Source: Pelomyxa schiedti
Lineage: Eukaryota > Protista > Evosea
Assembly (NCBI GenBank): GCA_020536535.1
Contig: JAHLWZ010000297.1
Location: 1-32,402, forward strand
DNA length: 32,402 nt
Reading direction: 5' to 3'
Part shown: positions 24,741-32,402 of the stretch, in pieces
How positions within the stretch are numbered: the first letter of the stretch is position 1
Layout of the letters: the number at the start of each line of letters is the position of its first letter
Notes under the pieces: model-generated
What the model saw: the letters and a program-made list of their open reading frames with translations, nothing else
What the model was told of the DNA's origin: nothing
Databases searched by the model: none
Translations under genes and position numbers: made by a program

Positions 24741-27700
24741 ATGAGACTGGTTGCTGTGATTTTCATCGTTGTTTTTGTACGTGGGTGCTGCTCCCTTGAT
24801 TCCGCGTCGTCATCCACGTCGTCGTCGTCATCGATATCGTCCACATCAACGGATTGGTGGTCTGTTTTTGAGCCAGTGGCGTATGGGTACACCGGCGAGG
24901 CGGCGTTGTATGGGATTGCAGGGGATGCGTCTGATGTAATTTTGGATATAGTGGTGAATACATCCAAGAGGCTTGTGCGGCAGGAGAACCAGTGTGTGTG
25001 GGCACCTGTGCCCGTTGGCGATTGGAAGGGTGTGTACTATGCGGACAGTGACTGGCTTGTCCAAATGGACAAGGCCAATCAAAGCTATATCTGGGGGTTT
25101 GACGCCTCTGACTGCAGCTCCACTGCATCCGCGAGGCCTACTCCGGTGAACGGTTCTTTGGCTGTTATGGTGTATAACCACTGCTATGATGAAGTGTGGG
25201 TGGCTGTGCATTCTTTGGCGGCCAAAATGCTCCTGTGGATGAAACCTGACTCCTCTGACGATGGCTGGGAATACATGTTCAACACCTCACTTGGGGCTAA
25301 CTTTGGCCCCGAATTCCAGGATGCTGCAATGGCGCCGGATTGCTCGCAACTCTTCATTACCGATGTCACACATAGGCAGATTATCTCCGTCTTGGTTCCA
25401 TCTGGATTTGCTCTCTGGGTTATGGACTTACCGCACTGGACATCGATTGGGGGTTTGGCACTGGACTATGATACTGATATACTGTATGTTCTATTTGTTT
25501 TCCTTCAAGCCATTAATATGATTGCAGTTTCCAAAGTGTTGCAACAACTGAACCTTTCCTCCTGGCAATTGACTACGACGCATGTGAAGTTGTGGCATCC
25601 ATGAGTGCACCTGCTCTTTACTTCCAACTCTGGCCACAGTACTCATGCCAGTCTCTTTCATCATCGTCATCCGAGTTTACATCTTCCACAGCTTCGTTCT
25701 TTGGACTTATGATTGACACCAAGGGGTTGGGAGGTAATCAATCTGTCCAACTTATTCACATAGACCCAGCTGCGAACACATCAACAACTGATACTGATTA
25801 TTTGTGCACGTGGCAGTTATCAACTGGGGACCCTTTCAAAGTAGATTATGCTGAAGGTGACTATACATATCTCCACAACTTCTCTGGACCCCTCCTTGCG
25901 CAAATTTATTTCAATGAGTGTGGCAATGCATCAACTTCTCAGGCAGGGATCGGACAAGCAGTGGCTATGGTCTACTCACACTGTACAGGAGAAGTGTGGG
26001 TTGCTTTGTCAAGTCTAAAATCCGTAACTTGGTATGTGGCCATGGGTGGTGATAACTGGAACTTTGCACACAACTTCACATCACCTACGGATAACCCTCA
26101 CTATGTTGATGCTGCTATGTCACTGGACTGTACTGCAATTTTTGTTACTGACCCGGGTGCCAAACAAATTCTAGTGATGAATCTCACAGATCACATCATT
26201 ACACCTGCTGCCGATTTATCTGCGTTTGATGAGATTGGGGGACTAGTATATGATTGCAAGGAAGATATCCTGTAACCTTTTTAACAGTGTGGAAGACTAC
26301 TGACATTCCAAAGGTACCAAAGTGTCGCTGACACTGGACAATCCTATTTACTGGCCATAAATTACCATTCTGGAGACATTCTCAATGCGATTGCCATGGA
26401 TACTATGTACACACTATTGCTTAACCAGAAGCCTTGCAGCTATATTATCCCGCAAACTTCCCATCTGTATGCAATAAACCAAACTGATGCCAAAACAAAG
26501 AATGAAAGTGACCCCATTACTACCATCTGGGACATCCTTGCTAGTGAAACCAGTGATAGAGCTATGGTGTCTTCTGTGTGCTCTTGGAATTTTGTTGGCT
26601 CATATTGGATATCCCTTGCGGATGTTGGTTGGGCCTATATGACAATGCCTCAGAGCGGACATACACAGCATTTCCTTCAGGAAACAGATTACCATGACTG
26701 TTCAATTGGATCAAGCCATGATGGCTTAGAAAACACGCAACTTAATTTTAATGCACTAGCGATGGTGAGCGTTCCTTGCTCTAGATTTGAGGCTTGGGTC
26801 CTATATGCTTCAGAGAACAAGTTTATGTGGTTCAAGCCTCTCTTAAGTGACCCCATATCTTGGGTTTCAGTTTTCAATGTAACCATAACTGGGCCAATTC
26901 CGTCTTTTGTGGATTCAGCCATGTCGGAGGACTGCACTACAATTTATTTGAGTCAGACTTTCCCAAGCAAAGAGATAGTGAAAATGGATGTAAACGGCGC
27001 CTCAATCGTACCAGTTTTTGATTTGAGCTCCTGGGCTAACATTGGTGGCCTCAGTGTTGACCTTGCAACTGGGTTTCTGTAAACACCCAGAATCCCTTTT
27101 AAGTCGTTCTAATCAAACACAAGGTACCAAAGTGTGGAAAATGCAACTGGAGCATACATTTTGGCAATAAATTACAATGTAACAATGGTTGTCATTCCCA
27201 CTGAAAATATATTTCCCCAGCTGATGTCTTCGATTGATGTGCAATCAACCAGCAGTTCTCAAAGTGATTCAGCCTCTGTCTCATTGTCATACTCTCCATC
27301 AGACTCTGTATCGCTTTCCTCTTCAGAGTTCTGGGAATCGAGCTCCTATTCTGTTTCAGATTCATTGTCGTTGTCTGGGTCCACATCAACTTCCCTCTCC
27401 TTGTCCTCTTCTGTCTCGCCGTCGTTCTCATTATCTACCTCAGTGTTCTCATCAGCATCAACATCAATGTCTTACCCGCTATCATCTTCTCAACCAGTGT
27501 CTTACCCGCTATCATCTTCATTTTCAGTGTCTTACCGGCAATCTTCGTTTTCAGTGTCTTACCCGCTATCATCTTCACTGTCTTCGGTACTACCCACATC
27601 CACATCTCTGTTCGTTTCCCTATCATCATCTTCCACCTCATTCACCATGTCAAATTCTGAATCCAAATCATCTGAAGAGGCCTCGTCTTCAACACCATCC

Positions 27701-30340
27701 ATTTCCTCCCTCATCCTGTCTGCACCAGAAAGCTATTCTTCACACTCTCTTTCCAGTTCCGATATGACTAGTCATCTTGGGGACAGTATCGCAAGTTCAG
27801 GTGCAAGCTTTAAATTGTCTGTTGGTCTTGCAGTAGGACTTGGAGTTCCGTTCCTTCTTTGTCTTCTTGGAGGAATATTGCTCTTGTGGTGGTATCTGTT
27901 AGGCTTTATTCCCTAATATGTACTGAGTGATGAAGGAAGATGAGATATCACAGTGGTTCTGACATTCCAGAAGATGACAGTGTACTTGAAATGACACCAC
28001 TTGGTAAACTCTCTGATTTATCTAGATACGACAAATCTCTTTCTCTTGACCCGTACTTGTATGTACAACCACCTTCTTTGCTTACAGACTCATGTTTCCT
28101 CAGGCAAGTTGCAGTGGAAAGATTTCCTCTTACTGTACGTTTCCGAATCTCATTTTACGTTTTTAAGTGTCGCAGGTTAGTCCAACTGCATGCCTGGATT
28201 TTGCGCTTGGAACACACCAAGCACCAGTCTCCACGGAAATGCACCAAATAATTACTCTGAGGAACACATCAAAATCCTGTGTTACATTCAAGGTATTGCA
28301 GCACTCTGGGTGACCTAATCACCATGCTAGATGTTGTCACCAAAGAGCCATCAATACACTCTGCAGTTCAGTGAGACATTGATGACACTCAAACCTGTAG
28401 CCTTCTGTTTCGAATTTTCCCTATTTCTCATGTAGACTCTACAGGAGGAAGAAATCGATATTGATGTGTCTTTGACAGTACTGTGCACAACAACTATAAA
28501 CTCTGAAGTCATTGTCCTGATGATAAACCGTATGTCAATCCTGGTTAAACTGCGTTCACACTATTTCCCCAGATAAAACGGAGCCTGAGGTTTTCTGCTA
28601 CGGCCTCAAAAAGTTAATTAACTAACACAGAGTTTCATTCTGTTGAAAATCAACCTTGAGTCAATGATATCACCCTCACTCGACCATGACGAACTACATG
28701 TATGCACACAATTGGATCCTATTTTTTTCTTATAAACAACAGCTCACAAAAGAAGTTGGAGAAGGTGCTTATGGTGTAGTTTGGGTACGATCACACTTTT
28801 TATCCCTTTTATTTACCTCTGTTCAGGTAGGTTCCTGGTGAGCTATTTTTCCGACTTCTTGCAGTAGTAATTAAAGAACTCCATATACAGGAGGGAACAA
28901 GAAGTGGCAGTCAAAGTTGTGAAGAATCAAGAGGGCAAGAATTCCGCCAATGAATTTTTGTGTGTGGAGCGTTATCTGTTTCACCCCTGTCTCACTTCTT
29001 CTTAGCACTGAAATCCGAATTTTGGAGTCAGTGAGATGTCCACAGGTTCTTTTTCATTTCTCTTTTCGACACTTATTCTTAATCTACAGATTGTGCACTA
29101 TTTTGGAGCTGTTAAAACTCCTGGTAATTTCCTTATTTCACCAGAAACCTACTAAGCATTAATAACAGGAAGATTCGCCATTGTAACAGTAACTCTCCAT
29201 ATGGCAAAAAAACAAATATTTCATTAAAATTAACAGGAATATTTTCCTCTGGGAAATTTACATACCTGTATGCAAAGAAATACATTCACACTGGGGTTGA
29301 AACTCAAATGCCTCATTGACTGTACAACAGGTCAGTATTGTTTTCTGTAAGACACTTTAAAACCAACTCCAAGGAATGAGTTTTATCCACAAAGTACACT
29401 ACTGTTTCAACAATACTTAATAACCACACCCAGGCTGGTTTGTTGCACCGCGATCTAAAACCAGATAACTTATTGGTTACATTTCACCTCAGAGATTAAT
29501 TTTTTAAATCCAGACAGGTTGCATCTTTGGATACCAACTCACCAGTCAACTGTAAAATTACTGGTATAATCTCCCTGTATTTTATTTAAGTGGACTCAAT
29601 CTGCAACAGATTTTGGGACTTGTAGAGACATAAGTACTAATTAGCCTTTTTTTTCGTCGTATCCAACTAACACTTCCCAGATAAGGCTGACCAAACTCAG
29701 GCCTACACAGTTGGAGTATGATCCTGTTTCCCGAGTTTTTTTACTAAGTAATATCAAGGTTGGGACTCCTACATACATGCCACCAGTAAAAATTCCCGCA
29801 TCTGCACTACACCCTTATTTGTAAACAGGAACTACTTTCAAATGGAAAGGTTGTATTTTGGTTATTCAGCTGTTGTTAATGCCTTCTCGCCACTTGCGTA
29901 GTATAAACAAAGTGCAGATGTATACAGGTTCGCTTGGAATGTACTTATCTTTCCATCTAACAGCACTCAGTTTTGCAGTGTTGATGTACCAGGTAATTAC
30001 CGAGAAAGAACCCTATTGCGAAATGAAATCCCTCTGGAGTACTCCTTACAATAACCACTACCATCAACCCTTATCAAACCTACAGAAATAACTGAGTTTG
30101 TACTTGCCGGAAATGTGTGCCCTAACTTCCCTCTCAGTTAAATATTTTCCTTGACTATCACCCAGAGGCTCCCACTTGATGGCATCCCCACAGAGCTTGC
30201 CGAGCTAATTACAGTGTGTTGGGATCAAGACTACCACAAGCGGCCTAGTAAGTGACTCCTAAAACAACCAGGGACTAACCATCCCAATAGGTTTCCCAGA
30301 AGTAACAAATAGGCTAGAGGCCCATAACCACAATTCATAA
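24741..30340 (+). CDS. single-pass receptor kinase (TKL group, Entamoeba TMK-like kinase domain)
   Basis: Signal peptide MRLVAVIFIVVFVRGCC, three extracellular repeats, Ser-rich stalk and TM VGLAVGLGVPFLLCLLGGILLLW. Spliced kinase motifs GEGAYG, VAVK, HRDLKPDNLL, DFG, GTPTYMPPE, ADVYSF and CWDQDYHKRP. TAA at 30338-30340. Confidence 0.88.
27468..27577 (+). repeat. 27-30 nt coding tandem repeat x4 (VSYPLSSS-like) in the receptor stalk
   Basis: tgtcttacccgctatcatcttc occurs three times, plus one variant copy. Confidence 0.85.
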
Positions 30341-30546
30341 CGCGTTTTCTCCCATTTCATTTCCACTTCGCCGATCTTCCACCACTACAACTTCGAAGTA
30401 AAACTTCTCTTGGCACACAATATGTCACTTACACTTACCACACAACACTGAAACAACAACTTGTTGTCATTTTATGGGGCTGTTATAAGAAGAATAAAGG
30501 AAAAAAGAAAGAGAGGGAAAAAAAGGGAAGAGGGAAAAAGAGGCAA

Positions 30547-30582
30547 CCACAGAAAACAAGCACCGGTGCTTGTTTTCTGTGG
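30547..30582. repeat. perfect 36-bp palindrome
   Basis: ccacagaaaacaagcaccggtgcttgttttctgtgg is its own reverse complement. A full copy recurs at 32132-32167 and a partial copy at 30884-30910. Confidence 0.95.
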
Positions 30583-30883
30583 AGCTGGCATGATGGGTAG
30601 GGTTCGACCATGATGTGTTGATTTGGAAAGAGGGTGATATTGCCAAAAAAATTTGGAACTTGGTGGACTGGAACCTGGAGGCATCTGCGTCGGGAACAGG
30701 GTGCTGAACGAGTATGCAAATTGGCTTTGGAAGGTCAATCAAAAAAAATAATTGTGCAAATTGTGTCTTTTTTTTTTAAAATTCATTTTTGGTAATTTGC
30801 AGGTGTGTTTTTTTTTGTGTTACAGAATGGCACATTTTCTGTGACACACACAACCCTGGGTAAGGACACACAGCACACGCACG

Positions 30884-31004
30884 ACAAGCACCGGTGCTTG
30901 TTTTCTGTGGAGCTGGCATGATGGGTAGGGTTCGACCATGATGTGTTGATTTGGAAAGAGGGTGATATTGCCAAAAAAATTTGGAACTTGGTGGACTGGA
31001 ACCT
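30884..31004 (+). repeat. direct repeat of ~30556-30676
   Basis: Same sequence from acaagcaccggtgc to ggactggaacct, ending at the gap. Confidence 0.9.
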
Positions 31005-31104
31005 NNNNNNNNNNNNNNNNNNNNNNNNNNNNNNNNNNNNNNNNNNNNNNNNNNNNNNNNNNNNNNNNNNNNNNNNNNNNNNNNNNNNNNNNNNNNNNNN
31101 NNNN
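31005..31104. other. scaffold gap (100 N)
   Basis: Run of N. Confidence 1.
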
Positions 31105-31921
31105 CCAACTCACCAGTCAACTGTAAAATTACTGGTATAATCTCCCTGTATTTTATTTAAGTGGACTCAATCTGCAACAGATTTTGGGACTTGTAGAGAC
31201 ATAAGTACTAATTAGCCTTTTTTTTTCGTCGTATCCAACTAACACTTCCCAGATAAGGCTGACCAAACTCAGGCCTACACAGTTGGAGTATGATCCTGTT
31301 TCCTGTTTCCCGAGTTTATTTACTAAGTAATATCAAGGTTGGGACTCCTACATACATGCCACCAGTAAAAATTCCCGCATCTGCATTACACCCTTATTTG
31401 TCAACAGGAACTACTTTCAAATGGAAAGGTTGTATTTTGGTTATTCAGCTGTTGTTAATGCCTTCTCGCCACTTCTGCAGTATAAACAAAGTGCAGATGT
31501 ATACAGGTTTGCTTGGAATGTACTTATCTTTCCATCTAACAGCACTCAGTTTTGCAGTGTTGATGTACCAGGTAATTACCGAGAAAGAACCCTATTGTGA
31601 AATGAAATCCCTCTGGAGTACTCCTTACAATAACCACTACCATCAACCCTTATCAAACCTACAGAAATAACTGAATTTGTACTTGCCGGAAATGTGTGCC
31701 CTAACTTCCCTCTCAGTTAAATATTTTCCTTGACAATCACACAGAGGCTCCCACTTGATGGCATCCCCACAGAGCTTGCCGAGCTAATTACAGTGTGTTG
31801 GGATCAAGACTACCACAAGCGTCCTAGTAAGTGACTCCTAAAACACCAGTGACTAACCATTCTCCCAATAGGTTTCCCAGAAGTAACAAATAGGCTAGAG
31901 GCCCATAACCACAATTCATAA
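31105..31921 (+). CDS. second, slightly diverged copy of the 3' exons of the receptor kinase (partial; allele or paralogue)
   Basis: Aligns to 29534-30340 with conserved exons. Similarity continues through the 3' flank to ~32239. Confidence 0.75.
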
Positions 31922-32236
31922 CGCGTTTTCTCCCATTTCATTTCCACTTCGAACTTGTACTGGTGTAACATAGGCAAAGTAATACTTCTCTTGGCATCCA
32001 AACAATGTCTCAGTTACACTTACCACCCCAAAGCGAAACAACAACTTGTTGTCATTTTATGGGTGCGTAAAAAGAAGAATAATAGAAAAAAGAAAGAGAG
32101 GGAAAAAAAGGGAAGAGGGAAAAAGAGGCAACCACAGAAAACAAGCACCGGTGCTTGTTTTCTGTGGAGCTGGCATGATGGGTAGGGTTCGACCATGTTG
32201 TGTTGATTTGGAAAGAGGGTGATATTGCCAAAAAAA

Positions 32237-32402
32237 TTTAACTGAGAGGGAAGTTAGGGCACACATTTCCGGCAAGTACAAATTCAGCTGTTGTTAATGC
32301 CTTCTCGCCACTTCTGCAGTATAAACAAAGTGCAGATGTATACAGGTTTGCTTGGAATGTACTTATCTTTCCATCTAACAGCACTCAGTTTTGCAGTGTT
32401 GA
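32237..32402. repeat. rearranged fragments: inverted copy of 31671-31721, then a direct copy of ~31445-31563
   Basis: 32237-32287 is the reverse complement of ctgaatttgtac...cagttaaa. It is followed by ttcagctgttgttaatgcc..., matching 31445 onward. Confidence 0.9.

Noticed and set aside
27468-27577. Regular short repeats as a possible CRISPR array
   Set aside because: In-frame coding tandem repeats without unique spacers, in a eukaryotic gene, with no cas genes.
5569-30340. Fragmented ORFs suggesting pseudogenes or stop-codon reassignment
   Set aside because: Where traced, breaks are resolved by short GT-AG introns, and TAA, TAG and TGA all terminate genes.
30586-30612. Pol III A/B-box-like words (tggcatgatgg ... 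ggttcgacc)
   Set aside because: The spacing is far too short and there is no cloverleaf, so this is not a tRNA.

Overview
This is eukaryotic DNA, not prokaryotic: a compact, intron-dense protist genome segment. Introns are GT-AG and mostly about 35-80 nt, and the genetic code is standard. Because of this, most ORFs in the supplied track are single exons or shadow ORFs. Manual splicing gives about 14 genes, in order: a large Ser/His/Pro-rich unknown protein, an aquaporin, a VAMP7-like longin with a decayed SNARE motif, a 4-TM protein, Rab7, a 2-TM unknown, two tandem DUF4870/Tic20-like paralogues, RanBP1, a tail-anchored flavodoxin-2[4Fe-4S] ferredoxin fusion, an Asteroid/XPG-like PIN nuclease, a CorA (GMS variant) with an extra N-terminal 4-TM module, an alpha-carbonic-anhydrase-like protein missing one Zn ligand, and a large receptor TKL kinase with three novel extracellular repeats. 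The window ends with a 100-N gap, a second copy of the kinase 3' end, a 36-bp palindrome and microhomology-joined rearranged fragments. The anaerobe-type redox gene, the Entamoeba-TMK-like kinase and the tiny introns suggest an anaerobic amoebozoan (Archamoebae, e.g. Pelomyxa-like); this is inference. All exon models were made by eye and need RNA-seq confirmation. I see no operon-like novel system; the best leads are the unusual protein architectures.
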